Below are positions 1 through 14,190 of a stretch of DNA of 64,000 bases, piece by piece. This DNA is from the human T2T-CHM13v2.0 reference genome, Homo sapiens. Both the position numbers and the translations under genes were made by a program. The stretch lies in NCBI RefSeq assembly GCF_009914755.1, contig NC_060927.1. One strand, written 5' to 3'. Positions within the stretch are counted from its first letter, which is position 1. Each line of letters begins with the position of its first letter. The notes below the pieces were generated by a model that had not been told where the DNA came from, ran no database searches, and saw nothing but the letters and a program-made list of their open reading frames with translations.

Positions 1-184
1 GGATGGAATGTGCTCTAAGAATTTCCACGTTTCTTTTTTTCAGCATCCTTTTCTTTACTGAACGTTCTTAGCTTCAGCCTTTCTACTCACTTCTCAACTT
101 CACCAAACTGTATCCCCTGTTGACTTTTGCAGGAAATCTATCACATTAAGTTATATATTTATTGAGGATTTGGAGGGTCATGGC

Positions 185-679
185 TGTGGGATATGATGAG
201 GTTTCTCTTTAAATAACCTGATCAATCTTTTATTCTTTAATTCATAGTACCCCCCTCCTTTTCTCCTTTTCTCCTTTTTGCCTTTGTTAGATGCCAGGCA
301 TGCCACAGTACCAGGTATAATCAGTACCAGCTCACATTCCTTTCCTTATTTGGAAAGAGGACTAACTTTCTAGCTCATTACAGACACCCCTTACCCTTTC
401 CTCTCCACTTTCTTTTACGTGCCCACCTTATCTAAAAAAAGCAAATGTTTAGCCAACCGGGATTAGTTTAGGTTGTATGACCCAACCCCAGCCAATGGGG
501 AAGGGGTACAGGGGCAGGACTTGCGTCAGGAATAAAGGCTCTCGTGCCCCCTTGTTCAGGTGTGCTCTCATGGCGACTGGCCAAGGAGGCACCCCTCTGC
601 ATAGAAGTAAAATTGTTTGCTAAGAATCCTTTGTTCGAGTGTTCAATTTCCTTGGGAATTTTGAGCATTATTCCTAACA
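185..679 (+). mobile_element. Solo LTR, LTR10-family-like (ERV1)
   Basis: TG...CA termini (TGTGGGATATGATGAGG...TTCCTAACA), CCAAT boxes, resembles recalled LTR10 consensus; no clean TSD. Confidence 0.7.
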
Positions 680-1764
680 TAGGAAAAGAGATCATACCAT
701 TGAGCCCTCTTATCAGCCTCAACTCCTGTTTTCTCTTCTCTGTTAATCTCTATTGGCTCTCAAAAGCTACAGCTCCTAATACATGTTGCTCTCTGACTCA
801 CCTAACAAATCCCATCCAGCAAGGGTAGTCTAGTCTTCTTCTCCACAAAAATGCTGGTGAATATTTCTGAAATTATTCTTATTGTTAAATAAACAATACA
901 GGAACCACAGAGGAGGTGGAGAGAGGAAGAAGCAACACAAAGGAAATTAGTTGGAAAAAAAAAAAAACCCACAGATTTAAAGTGTCTAATTGGAGCATAG
1001 CGATTACAGTGTATGTCACTTAAAGCTCCATAATAGATCTTACAGCAAAATTCTGATTAATCTCATTCCAACTGTGTAGTTGACAATAAAGCATCATTCC
1101 AAAGTATCCTCATTATTTCCTGGTCCAGGAAAGTATTGCTTAAAGAAAAGAGAGGACATTTCAGAAACAAAACTGTAGTCTTGACATTTGAGAATAAGAC
1201 ATACAACTGGCAAGAAATGCAAGCTATCTATAGAATCAATTAAAAACAAGATTATTAGGAAGTCATGCAATTGTTGTGGTTGGATATTAAAAAACTCATT
1301 TTTCTCTACTTTATAAACATGACAATAATTTTTTAAAAAGCAAATGCACATATTTATATATGTGGGAGGTAGAAAATATATTTTAATATTGCACATTATG
1401 TGTATATAAAAATTGGAACAAATTAGTACTTACAAAAAAGTATTTAAAGGGCAGAATCTACTATTACATTTCTTATGTCTGTGTACATACTACACAATAT
1501 TTCTTAGTAAAATGTGCTATGAAACCATTTAAATAAAACTAGGACATTGTTTAATATCTAAGGAAAAGTAACACATTTTTACCAGATGGTTTAATTCATA
1601 AATATTTCACAATATAAACAAAAAAAATGTTTAACCTAAAGTTAGTCTTGGGATCTAGTCCATTTTTTCATTTGTTTGGAATGCTATTTAAATTCAAAAT
1701 GCTTTGATGTTACCTGAATTTATTTTACATAATTCCAGATATTGGGCAAATTATTTGAGCAGCT

Positions 1765-2110
1765 GAATGACATTATCACAGATTCTGTTTCTATCATTCT
1801 TCTCTGCCATCCTCACGATGTTGGCTTTGGCCTTAGACTAACTTCCTCCCTGCTCCCAAGATGTCCAGAGCAGTCCTAGCCATCACATCTGTATACAACA
1901 ACAGGAAACAAAGGATTTTTTCAGAAGGGTGGAAAACTTAGAAGCCCCAAGAACACCTTTCCTACCATCTGACTGGCTAGCTATGGCTAACATATATGCC
2001 CCTAAATCAATCCCTGGCAAAAGTAATGGCGCCATTATGTTTGAGTCTAATCAGGATCGTCTTAAACCTGTGCATACAGTCACCCTCTCCAGAGTTGCTT
2101 GGAAAGAAAA
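1765..2110. mobile_element. Old MaLR LTR fragment (MLT1-type)
   Basis: Diverged MLT1-like motifs (GCCATCCTCA...GTTGGCTT, CCATCACATC, ACCCTCTCCAGAG). Confidence 0.45.
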
Positions 2111-2212
2111 AAGACATGGAAGGTGAATCGGTCTTGTAAAGAAGAGAAAAAAAGTGATTTGTTTGGGAAGCCGACAGTGTTTTTTGGAGAAAAATTGTAT
2201 CAGACTTTAGGC

Positions 2213-2360
2213 CAGTGGTTCTCAATCTTAGCTGCACATTAGAATCATCTGAGGAATGTTAAAAAATATATTGATTTAACTGGTCTGGAGTTACACTATA
2301 GCTATTGGCAATAAACACATCCTTCTGGTAATTTTAATATGTAAGTTTGAGAGCTACTGC
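2213..2360. mobile_element. MER5-type hAT-Charlie MITE
   Basis: CAGTGGTTCTCAATCTTAGCTGCACATTAGAATCA...GTTTGAGAGCTACTG terminal inverted repeats. Confidence 0.7.
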
Positions 2361-2839
2361 TCTAGGTAAATTAAAAATAGAATAAAGAGACAAAAACCTT
2401 CATCAATCTGCACACATTTAGCTTCTCAAGCAGTTTTGTTTATGAGCTCTACTGAACATTACCTGAAAATTAACCATTGACTAGCAGGGCAGAATTTCCA
2501 ACACAAGATCTTAGACCACAGTTAATTTGCCAGACTGAAATGGTGCTCACTGCCATATTCATGGTACTTATTACAACAATGTATGACAGTAGGGTACTTA
2601 AAGTACCCAGATGACTTTTATGGTCAACCTGAGTTCTAGTTTTATGTAAATATAGGAATACAGTATTAGTCCCATTTTTGTGAGAAAAACTGATTTGCAA
2701 AGTGGCTCTTAGTGGAAGAGACAGAACCAAAGCTAATAGTATTATCCTAACAGACAGGGTTCCCTCATTCTACTGTTGTTAGTAATTTTGTTATTGTATT
2801 TGAGAAATATCATTTGTTTTGGCTAAAGCAAAGCTTTAT

Positions 2840-2985
2840 AATAGCTACTATTTATTGACAATTTGCTATGAACCGGGAGCCGTACTAGGTGATTTATTCC
2901 TGCCCCAACTTTTATTTTATCCTCATGACACTCTTATAAAGTAAATATTACTTTACAGATAAGGAAATTGGAACCCAGAGAGTTC
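2840..2985 (-). mobile_element. MIR SINE fragment
   Basis: TTTACAGATAAGGAAATTGGAACCCAGAGAG, MIR core. Confidence 0.6.
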
Positions 2986-3945
2986 ATTATTCCTCCAGTG
3001 TCTCTTATTAGTTCATTTCTCTGGGATCTGTATATGCCCATAATGCTGTGGGTTACATTGCCATATATAATTTGTTGAGTTTATCAGTTCAACAAATACC
3101 TATTGGTTGACTTATAGCTGATAGGTGCTGGGCTAGGCTCTGGATTGGATTGCATTTTCCCTCTACATTATAATTTACTTTTTTTTTCTTTCTTTAAGAA
3201 GTAGGTTTACAGCAGTTGATTTGCAGTTGCACCAAACACTTAACATCTGATCAAAGAACGATTGAATGAAAAAATGAATTCAATATTTAGATTGTGATAG
3301 TTTGTAGTTGCTCATATTACAAAGACTAATGAAATTTTACCTTGCCAACAATTTGCTATTCCTTAGGAACATCAAATATAAAAATAAAAACATTTTTAAA
3401 ATGCAGCTTAAAGTATACTCCCAGATAGTTTCAAGCAAATACTGAGTTTCTAGTATGTATGTCTTGAGTTGTTCTGACACTCCATATTACTGTTTTTAAT
3501 AAAAACAGCATTCTTATTGAGAACAGATAATTGGTCTGAACAGCTGACATTTATTTAGATACTTGATTTAGAATGTTTTCTACTGATTGAAAGATAAGGG
3601 GAAAATAAACTGGGCCATGGCTATTCAGGACTGGCTAGTTTAGTTTTTCATAGAGATAACATTTTCCAAATTACTGAGATACGATATTGAAAATGAAGGG
3701 CAACCTTCTTGTTGGGTGAAAGTGTTAGAATAGCCCTAATGCAGAATCTCATTAAAGCAACTGTCAAGATTCCTCTATTTTGCCATCACCTCCCCTATTC
3801 TGTAAGAAGCAACTGTCGTTTTGAGTGAGTGTACTGCCAAAGAGGCATTTACAAATAAATGAAAAAAGTCACAATTGATTTCACTCCTTTTAGAATACTG
3901 TGTGTCAGCTTTGTCACAAACTGTCTTTGCTACTCTCTGTTTTAG

Positions 3946-4008
3946 ATCTCCCAGCTGGACGTTCAAAATAGCTTTTGATGTCTTAGGGCGTCTTTTATTC
4001 AACCCTAG
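3946..4008 (+). other. Candidate 63-nt exon
   Basis: Acceptor CTGTCTTTGCTACTCTCTGTTTTAG and donor AG|GTAAGC; one open frame (SPSWTFKIAFDVLGRLLFNP), protein not recognised. Confidence 0.4.
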
Positions 4009-4774
4009 GTAAGCCCTCTATTGGTGACCTTTTATAAATATTTGTAAAGCTGTTTGAAGTGTTAGAGAAAATGAAAACCCTTTCTCTCTGTAACTGCTGT
4101 TTTTGTAAAATAGCATCCAGATGTCAATTGTTTACATACATATTTTGTCACCTGGGGGAATTGTTTCCATTACAAAACATTGTAAAATTTTATAATAATA
4201 TTTCACATTCTCTTCCCCAATACAATGGTTTGTTATTATGCTTAATTTAACAATAATGCAAATAACAATATTACTTGTAAATAAGACATGGCAAAGTTCT
4301 TCCTGTATTTTGAAAGAACTGAACAAGTGTCTAAATTTATCTTGAATAAATAAGTCATATGATTTATATGTAATATCAATGATACACATTCATTGTTGCC
4401 ATCACTATAAACCAGTCCACCAACACTACTGCCATCATACTAATGTTATTGAAGACTTACACTGAGCCATATGCTTTGCTAAGCAATTCTATGTATTGTA
4501 GAAATGTATCACAAGGGTGTTTGAATCCTAAATTAATATGGATTTGGAAAAAAGACAACTAATTAGAAATTGCTAGCAATTGTTTTTTATTATGGATATT
4601 AAATTAAAGGGAAGCAAATCTTCATATAATTATACTGTAAGAGATTTTAATCAGTATAATTAATTATAGATCATGCTATCATTTGTGATTATTTAGCTTG
4701 CTACCGTTGACTTGAAAGATCATGGAATGGACCAATTAACAATATTCTATTTCTCTTTGAAATAGCGTTTTAAG

Positions 4775-5140
4775 CAGTTCATTCATTCAACAAATATTTA
4801 TTGAGCACTATTAAGTGCCAGGTAGTTTACATTGAAGACATGATTGCGAAGAATATGTACCTACTCTTGAGGAGTTTAAAGTCTAGTGAGAGTCAGGAAA
4901 ACATACAAGTACAACATAGTGTGATAAGTGGAACAATAGTGACAGCATGGAATACAGTACGAGAAATGATGTGGGCACCTAAGCCAGGCTAGGTATGGCT
5001 ACTCAGGGAGTGATATGGCAGTAGAATGTGGAAGAATAATTAAATTTTGCAGAAAGGGACAGATTGTGAATGTCCTCATAAGCCATATTTAAGAATTCAG
5101 ATATAATCATGTACAGTGGCAGTTAAACTGGAAAGATTCA
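4775..5140 (-). mobile_element. L2 LINE 3' fragment
   Basis: TTCATTCATTCAACAAATATTTATTGAGCAC...GTGCCAGG, typical L2 3' end. Confidence 0.7.
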
Positions 5141-5535
5141 TATAATATTGTACAAAGTCAGGCTGGTGATATTCTCACAGAGCCATCTGACCATGTTTAA
5201 TAACTAGGAAAGCAGCCTATTCTTCCTCTTTCACAGCTATATAAATGGAATATATTTCCTAGAATATAAGAGCTTTGTGAGCAAGAACCTGGTCTAATTT
5301 CCTTGATTCCCCAGGATCTATTGCAGTACTTTACACAGAGGCTCTTAGTATTTATAGTGTGGAATGATACAGTTAAATGTAGACATCTAGAAAATTGATA
5401 GGTTGCCCCAGCAGAGGCTCCCTCAGAGGTTGACTATTTATAACTATATACTCTTTTTATCACTGATCAGTTGTCACAAATGGCAAAATTCCTTTCCACA
5501 TCTCCTTTTTACTTTTAGATTCACAATGAGAGTCT

Positions 5536-6375
5536 TGTAAACCAAAAATAAAATTCTAAGTCCCCAGCCAATTGAATGGGCCCCTCCTGTTGGCCCACGG
5601 CATTCCTAAGTTAACCGTAAAAATTAGTTCCAGCCAGGATGGGAAGTGGAGGTTGGACCTGCCTCATTATATTATCCAGGTTTTGGAATTTAGGCACAGC
5701 TGGCCAGCATTTAACATTCAAGCAGAGAACTCGAGACTGACAATGCAGACTCTTTGTAGCAATAAGATACCAACATGACAGCTGGTCCTAAAAGAAATTG
5801 AAGTATTTTACCCAAAATAAATTTACTTGACATATTTTGAAATGACTCTGCAAAGCTGTCCCTAATGGGACAGAAGGGGAAAGGAAAAAAGACCTTCCCT
5901 TTCTAGGTGTCTTTCCTGAACGAGGAGAGAATTAACTAAGATTCTGGCATTTTTTTAAGTTGGATAAGAAGCATTTACAATCTATTCTCTCTGAAGCCTG
6001 CTACCTGGAGGCTTCATCTGCATAATAAAAACCTTGGTCTCTATAACCCCTTATCTTAATCCAGACCTTCCCTTCTATTGATTCCAGGTCTTTGGATAAA
6101 CTCTTTCAACCAATTACCAATCAGGAAATCTTTGAATCCATCTTTGACATGGAAGGGCCCATTTTGAGTTGTCCTGCCTTTATGGACTGCACCAATGTAC
6201 ATCTTAGATACATTGATTGATGCCTTATGTCTCCCTAAAATGTATGAAACCAAGCTGGAGCCTGACCACGTTGGGCTTATGACCTTTTGAGGTTGTGTCA
6301 CAGCCATGTCCTTAACCTTGGCAAAACAAACTTCTAAATTTATTGAGATCTGTCTTAGATACCTTTTTGTTTGCA
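5536..6375 (+). mobile_element. Solo LTR, MER4D-like (ERV1)
   Basis: Starts TGTAAACCAAAAATAAAATTCTAAG, ends TTGCA; 4-bp TSD GTCT at 5532-5535 and 6376-6379. Confidence 0.85.
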
Positions 6376-9120
6376 GTCTTCATCAAAGAAAATCAACATA
6401 AAATGCAATTTTTCAAATAAACAATCTAATAATATGTGTCAGTAAAATCTATGTAAACAAACTAAAGAATTGAATAAAACTAAGACTAAGTAAAGACAAT
6501 AATTTTCAGCAAAAGCAATAACCAGTATGTCCAATATTTATTTAACTCTAGAAAATATATACTCAAATACATTACAAAAGCTTTCTTTTACACACACAGA
6601 GATGAAATAATAACTATCATTAAATTAATCATATATTAGAAGATAATGTACCAAGGAGATAAATTTGATTTGTTTTATAATAAATTGTTCAATGAGGAGC
6701 CTTTAAAAATTATGGTACTATAATTCACAAATCACAAAATTATTTATTTTAATAGTATATATCATTTTATAGTGTGGACACTTTTGGTTTAGTTTAACCC
6801 AGTGTGGATTCTGTCTTTCTTGCCTTTGTTAAGTTCTTCATTCTAGAGACTTACTTATGACCTGCCTTTCTGGCGTTATTTCTTTAAAATGTGCTATCTT
6901 ATGGTCACCTTACTGACAGATTTGTCCTTGAAAGCAGTAGAACATTTCTGCGAATTTATTTTTGTTGTGGCCACATCAAATTCTGAAAGGACTGTCAATA
7001 CTCATCCAAGGCACAGAATAGTATATCAGCTCTCATTTTTTTAAATTGGTCTAAGGATCACAAACTAATAGTTTCAATAAATCCAATAATTTTGGTAGGT
7101 CACTTAAAGCATTGTTTTCCAAAATGAAAATTTCTTTAAAAATTAAAAACCTAGCTATATAGAATATTCAAGCAATAAAGAAAACATGAACAAAGATGCC
7201 AAGAGACATAGAGCATCTGTCAACCTCAGAGTTACTGATGATTGCCCTGTTGTCCACAGGGTAATTGTAACATTTTGCCAAGAGAGAATTAGGAAGTTCT
7301 GGAAAAAAAAAAAAAAAAAAAAAAAAAAGCTGCCTGATGTTTTGAAACAATGGGCATTTATCTATCTTGCTATCAGTTAAAATACAGGGTAAGAATGGTC
7401 AAATATTAAAAAGACTAATGGAGGAGTACAAAAGTGGCAGAAGCAAGTAATAGAACTGGGAAGTGTTGAACCAAAAGTTCACAAAATAGAATTTATTCTA
7501 GTAAGAGGGGGAAAAAAAGCAGATGAGGCCAGGTCTGCCAGTAGGATGTGTAAACATCTGTGAGCTAGGCGTCAGTGAAGGGCTGGCTTCTGGCTAGCTT
7601 CTTGCTGGGCCAGGTGGTGGTAACTGTATGCAGCAGAGACTCCCTTGTTTTGGGGTCATTTCCTGTGCTTATTCTCTCTGTTGGTTTCCTTCTTTTGCTT
7701 CCACCTCCTCATTCTGACAGCACCTGTTCTATAATATTACTTTGGCAGGCAGCCTTAATGTACATTTTAACAAATTCTCTGTGCCAAGTTTTCTCTTTAA
7801 GTTACTAAAGGTAATTGTTAAAAAACTTTCAAAGCAAGTGGGATAAAACAAAACTGTGCTATGAAGGCTATAACAGTCAACTATACTACTAGCCGGAAGA
7901 CTTCTTACGAATTTTACACACTACATTAGAAGCTGGCTTGTTGACAAGAAGAACTTTAATAGTTTTTTATTGTCTCTACAATGGGGCATAAATTTACCTC
8001 ACTTCATGCTAACATGCCCTATTTGACTTCTGTTTTCCTTTAATAAAGCTATGCAGATTTCCAGGGACTGGGACAAAAGCAGTTGATTTGCATTAGGACA
8101 AAGCATTTTCCCAATGATACAATGTGACTCTTGACAACCTGTTGCCTTGGAGACTAAGAACTTTACATGTGAGTTTTCCTAATGATAGGTATTTTTAAAT
8201 TTATCTATATAAGATTCAGTAGGATTTTCTTATCTTAATAGCTACTGCGCAACTATGTACCTTTTGCCATATGGAGGTAGAAGGGGAGAATTAAAACGCT
8301 CCTCAAAACAGGGATGGCACAGTTCCTGTTTGGAACATATTAGATCTACTGGAAGTAAGGTTTTGCATCCAGTAGAAACAGAGCTTTTCTCACATTATTT
8401 CCTCTTACCATGTTGCTCTTCTTTAACTCCAAACTCTTAAACTGAATATTTATCCCTGAAATATTAAAATTCAGGTAACATTAATTTCAAAGAAACCTTT
8501 TCTGAAGCCCCTTTCTCTCAATACCTATTATGCCACACTTCACATTCAATTTAATTTTAATTGGGAATGAAGTGAGATATGAGTTATCAAGAGAATTTTC
8601 TCACAAATTCTGTTAACAGATTTTTTTGATTGCCATATATCTGAATGATGTTTCTAAAAATTTTTACATTCCAATTTATGTTCTTCTAAATTAGAAAATT
8701 GGAATGTGTGACAACATAGCTTGATATATGCTAAAAGCACAGGTGTCAGAAAGATGAAAGGTGATGGTTAAATAACATGAAGGTTAATAGTCAAGGAATT
8801 TGATAGCTTTATAAGTAACACATATTGAATAAATTGAACGTGGGTTAATCAATCATTCAACATATTCTAAGTGTGTAGTATGTGCATGAAAATACACTGG
8901 ATGCTATGAAACATTTTTTTAAAAGCAGTTAATCAAAAAGCATTAACTTGGCTCCATTTATGATTTTTATCATTGTGAAATGTAGAATTCAGTATGTTTC
9001 TTCCTACACAACTCTTTCCAACTACAGGAAAACAAAATAGGCAGTAAAAAATAAAATAGGCAATGATTAGGTACATACTTAAGTATTTAATATTTGCTAA
9101 TTGTGAGATAAAGACACTGC

Positions 9121-10191
9121 TGATGATGCAGGGCAGATGAGCACCAAAATTGGGGCTTAGTCTGGGAGGATTCTTGGCTTCACTCAGGAAACAATTCAAG
9201 AGTGAGTCAGTGGTGGAAGAAAGCATGTCCATTGAAGCAGCAGCGTACAGCAGAGTGACTACTTCTTGCAGAGCAGGGCTAACCCATAGGCAGTGTGCCC
9301 AAAGTATAGGCTGTGTATAGGCTGTTGGCCAACAATAATTATACCCATTTTTAATTCTGTGCAAATTAAGGGATGGGTTATTCAGAATTCTCTAGAAAAG
9401 AAACAGCAACTTCCAGGTGTTGCCGTGGCATTTGTAAACTGTCATGGTGCTGGTGGGAGTGTCTTATGCTGATACACATCAGGGAAACTAGAAATTGCTT
9501 TCAGAGCAATTTGCCACTTCTGGCTGTTTTCTTCATTTTATCCTGTCAGGACCAAGAAAGAAGTCCTACTAATCTACCTCATTCACCCCTCAGAGAATAT
9601 ACACTCCTCCTTAAGTTTAAGGGAGTTGCAAAGGGCAGAGGTCTCTCTTCTGTTACTGTTTCCTGCTGATCTTATGGGCATGGGCTCTGCTTAGTGTTGG
9701 AAGAGCAAACATCTCTGGATGCCTGATCTAAGGGGCCTAAAGGCAAGATGTCTTTATTTCCTGGGTCAGAAGATGGGATGAGTTGGAAGTCTGGTGCCAG
9801 CATCTTCTTTATATGGAAACTTTACCATCTGGAAGACACAAACTATAGTGAGAGGTTAAACAAGCAAGGGACAAAAATTAACAGTAACAAGTTAGGTATC
9901 AAAGGTCCCAGGAAAGGTAAAAGCCAGATAAGACTTCAGAGGGTGCTTTTGATAGTCAACCAGAAAGTTGGGGTCAATTCCCTGGTTATAGCTATGTAAC
10001 CAGGTAGCTTGTCAACATACAGATGTTGACATTTCATTTGTAAACTGTCATGGCACTGATGGGAATGTCTTATGCTGATGAACAGCAAGGGCAACTACAT
10101 ATTGCCTTCAGCACCATTTGCTGGCTCTGGCCAGTTTCTTCATTTCATCCTGTTGGGACTGGGAAAGATGTCCTGCTGGTCTCCTGCCTCA
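9121..10191 (-). mobile_element. Internally deleted ERV1 provirus (MER4 group, MER66-like LTRs)
   Basis: Full LTR ~9121-9582; polypurine tract (rc TCTGAGGGGTGAA) next to it; env remnant; second partial LTR copy ~10035-10191 homologous to ~9429-9582. Confidence 0.75.
9825..9975 (-). pseudogene. env: Retroviral env transmembrane-region remnant
   Basis: Minus strand translates WLLPFLGPLIPNLLLLIFVPCLFNLSL*FVSSR, a gamma-type TM anchor, with in-frame stops. Confidence 0.8.
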
Positions 10192-11043
10192 TTATGAGAA
10201 TAATTAGAGAAGGGCTAAATATGCGTGCTGTGGAATTTTCAGAGAGGGCATTTTAGAGGTGATATGACTTGAGCTGGACTATGACAGATGGGGAGAATTT
10301 GGGTGGCTGAGCAGTAAATAGAAAACTTTGTGGGATTACCCATCAGCATGAACCATAGGGGTGGTACTTTAGCAGGTAACGTCAGGGAGATTGATAGTGC
10401 AAGAAGGAGACATTAGTGACTTGAGCAGAGGATTTGTCCTGGAAAGTTATTAGATGTGAGAAGCAGGTACAGCTTTAAACCTAGGCGATGGACTGTTGCA
10501 AGTTCTTGAGCTGGAAGTGCCATTATAATAATATCATCTTCTGAGGAATTAACTTGAGCTGGGATTAGAGGCAAGATGATTGGCTAGGGGAGAGTTGTGG
10601 GTGTTATGCAGTAGATGAAGTCGGCTGAATGGGAGTGGTAATGGGGGAGTGAATGAAGAAATACAGTCTAAGTAATTAAGCTATATTTCACTGATACTTA
10701 TTCCTTATTTACAAATATATTACAACAATTAACTCATTCCAGAGACAGTAATTAGCAATCAGGTTAAATTACTTTGATTACCTCTTTTACATTTAATTAA
10801 CAGCATTTTAAGAAAACTGCTTTCTAAGATGTTTTATAGTCTATGTCGTTTCTTTTTTGCTTTTCCTTTCTTCTTTCCCTCTCCCTCTCCCTACTTCAGC
10901 CCATTTACTCTATCCCACTCTTTCCTACCTTCCCTTCTAAAAGGACAAAATTTTAGGGTGTATTTTACTAAAGTAAAATGAATCAAAATAATCATGATTT
11001 TATGGAAGTATTATGTAAGCATAATTTAAAAGTCACATAGGCT

Positions 11044-11351
<308 letters not shown>

Positions 11352-11879
11352 TTAAAATGAAACAAAACAAAACAAAAAACCCCAGCAACCCTCCAATACT
11401 TCTCTCATTCTTCCCACCCCAATCCAGTCCTTCTTCTAAGAGGCAACCATTTCCAACTGTTCCAGTTTTTTCTTTTGATAGCTCTATGCTTATAAAGTTA
11501 TTTCTTGATTTTTAAATGGTTTATATTACCCACTGACTTCTTGTTTTATTGGTTGAGAATTTGTTTTTCTAGCTCTGACATCCAGCAATCTCAAATATTT
11601 TTCCTTCATTTTAATTAGAAGGTTATATCACATGTGTTTGTTAAATTAGTGGTTTTTACATTTATAACTATGTGAATATTTATAATAACTATGTGAATAT
11701 TGTTTGAACCAAAACATATGATTTTTTTTCTTTCTCATACATTAAAAAAGTCCTAGAATTCTTTCCTTTTTTGTTTAGGTTTTAGTAAATCTTTCACTAT
11801 TTGCTCCCAAATGTTCCATCACAGATATACTAAATGGCTATCAATAATCTTTTAATTTTCTTTGTTTCCTTTTTTTTTG

Positions 11880-12185
11880 TTTTCTTTTTTTTTTTTTTTT
11901 TGAGACAGAGTCTCACTCCATTGCCAGGCTGGAGTGCAGTGGTGCAATCTTGGCTCACTCACTGCAACCTCCGTCTCCAGGGTTCCAGCGATTCTCCTGC
12001 CTCAGCCTCCCGAGTAGCTGGGATTACAGGCACGCGTCACCACACCCAGCTAATTTTTGTATTTTTAGTAGAGATGGAGTTTCACCGTGTTGGCCAGGAT
12101 AGTCTCGATCTCCTGACATTCTTATCTGCCTGCCTCAGCCTCCGAAAGTGCTGGGATTACAGATGTGAGCCACCACACCTAGCCT
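11880..12185 (-). mobile_element. Alu (AluSc-like)
   Basis: Poly(T) followed by reverse Alu; TTGCCAGG and GCCAGGAT diagnostic positions. Confidence 0.95.
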
Positions 12186-12189
12186 TAAT

Positions 12190-12493
12190 TTTTATTTATT
12201 TATTTATTTGAGACAGAGTCTAGCTCCGTTGCCCAGGCTGAAGTGCAGTGGTATGAACATGGCCCACTGCAGCCTTGATCTCCTAGGCTCAAGTGATCTT
12301 CTCACCTCAGCCTCCCATGTTTCCAGGACCACAGGGATGCATCATCATGCCTGACTAATTTTTAAAAAACTTTTTGGAGAGACAAGGTCTTGCCATGTTG
12401 TCCAGTCTGGTCTTGAAATCCTGGGCTCAAATGATCCTCGTGTCTTGGCCTCCTAAATGTTGGGATTACAGGCACGAGCCACTGTGCCTTGCC
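12190..12493 (-). mobile_element. AluJ
   Basis: (TTTA)n tail followed by reverse Alu with J features (GGCTCAAGTGAT). Confidence 0.9.
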
Positions 12494-13954
12494 TCAATAA
12501 CCTTTTTAAATGGTCGAATTCATAAAATAACCCTTTAGCTTCACTAAACTTTTTTGTTTTTGTTTTGGGCCTGATAATGTTCCTGTTGTATCCCTTTATT
12601 CTCTTGCATCAATTTTAACTGTCATTTCTAGGCCAGGTAACTGTCGTCCTGGAACTTTTCTTTTACACTTTTATGTATTAGGATTCTGTGTTACCTGCAT
12701 CCAGTACCTTCCTAGGAAAGGGTGCCTGGGAAAGTTTTTTGACTTCTTACATGCCTGAAATGTCTTTATTCTACTCTCCTGTGTGATTGATCGTTTGATT
12801 TAACATAGGCAGCTGCTTCTCAGAACTTCAAAGCCTTTGTTATCTTGTGGTATTTCTTTTGACAAATCGGAGTCCATGCTGATGGTTGGTGCTTCTTTAC
12901 TCAGAAAATTTTGTGATCACTTTGTTGGATATCTATATGCCTTTTCAAACTGGTCTTTCAGCTTGGTATTTTTTTTGTTTTATTTTTATTGTTACTATTG
13001 TGATATTCTTTCCTGTGATTTCTGTCTTCATTTCTGAAACTTCTATTGGAAAAATGCTGGCCATCCTGTACTGATTCTCTGATATTCTCTCTATATCTTG
13101 TGATTTCCCATTTCCTTTTGTTTCTGATGAGTTCCTTAGTTTTATTTTTTATTATTTTTTCATAATTTTTAGGAAATCTTTATTCTGTGATTATTCCTAT
13201 TGTATGGTATTCTGTTTTTGTTTTATTAATTATATATTTTATATATTTATATTTTGTTGAAATCTTACTCTCTGCATTGTCTCTGTTTCTTCCTGTTTTC
13301 CTTTTTTTCTGCTTGTTTTTTTTGGTCTTTTTCATGTTGAGGCATTTCTCATGTATTTAATAATTGTTAAATACTAATTTTAAGAATGAAACACTAAGAG
13401 TTGATAACTATATGCTACCTGTTAGGTAGGATTTGTTTTTTGGTGGGTTTCACTATGAAATGATGAGGAGAGGCCTTTCCATTTTTAGTTATCTGGTGAT
13501 ATTTTCTCAAGGGGTAGAAGGAATTGATTGAAGGTAGATCTGGGACAGGAAGAGTATGAAATTCCCACAAGTCAGTATGTAAACTTTACCTAATTCCCTT
13601 GTTTTAACTTTGCACTTGGTATTCCCAAGTTTGAGATATTCTGGTTCAGCCTTTCTAGGACATGTACCTCTGCTCTTTTGTTTGGAGGAGGTGAGAAGAG
13701 GGACCAGTCTTCTGGTTCTACAGTCAGAGAAGAAGACCTTATTCAGACATTCAAGGAGTCCTATTCTTAACTGCTGCAGTTTTCCCTTGATTTTCATAAT
13801 ACCTGGTAATGCCACTTGCTGAACCCCCCCAGGGGTTCTGTGATACAAACTGACATTTCTTATTGATGGCTTCCTCTGCAGACTCTTACGTTGTACCATG
13901 TGCTCTGCTAATTCAGATACACTTCTTTTACCCTTTTTCTGTCTTGTGACAGGT

Positions 13955-14190
13955 GTTTTTTGTTGTTTGTTTTTATTTTTGTTTTGTTTTGTAGACAGAG
14001 TTTTGCTCTGTTGTTCATGCTTGAGCGCAGTGGAGCGATCTTGGCTTACTACATCCTCGACCTCCTAGGCTCAAGCAATCCTCCCGCCTCAGCCTCTGGA
14101 GTAGCTGAGACTACAGGTGTGTGCCAACACACCTGGCAAATTTTTAAATTTTTTGTTGAGATGGGGTTTCACTATGTTGTCTAGGTTGGT
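13955..14190 (-). mobile_element. Truncated AluJ
   Basis: Right arm plus part of the left arm. Confidence 0.85.

Larger units (their letters stand above)
11380..13940 (-). mobile_element. Old L1M/L1ME fragments interrupted by Alus
   Basis: T-rich, diverged LINE-like sequence; boundaries approximate. Confidence 0.45.

Noticed and set aside
6846-7045. ~65-codon open frame after a pyrimidine tract and AG
   Set aside because: No convincing donor and no recognisable protein similarity; plausible by chance.
7186-7380. ORF with poly-lysine
   Set aside because: Caused by a genomic poly(A) run near 7303-7328; no coding evidence.
11662-11702. ~20-bp tandem duplication ATAACTATGTGAATATT
   Set aside because: Ordinary slippage duplication within old L1 sequence.
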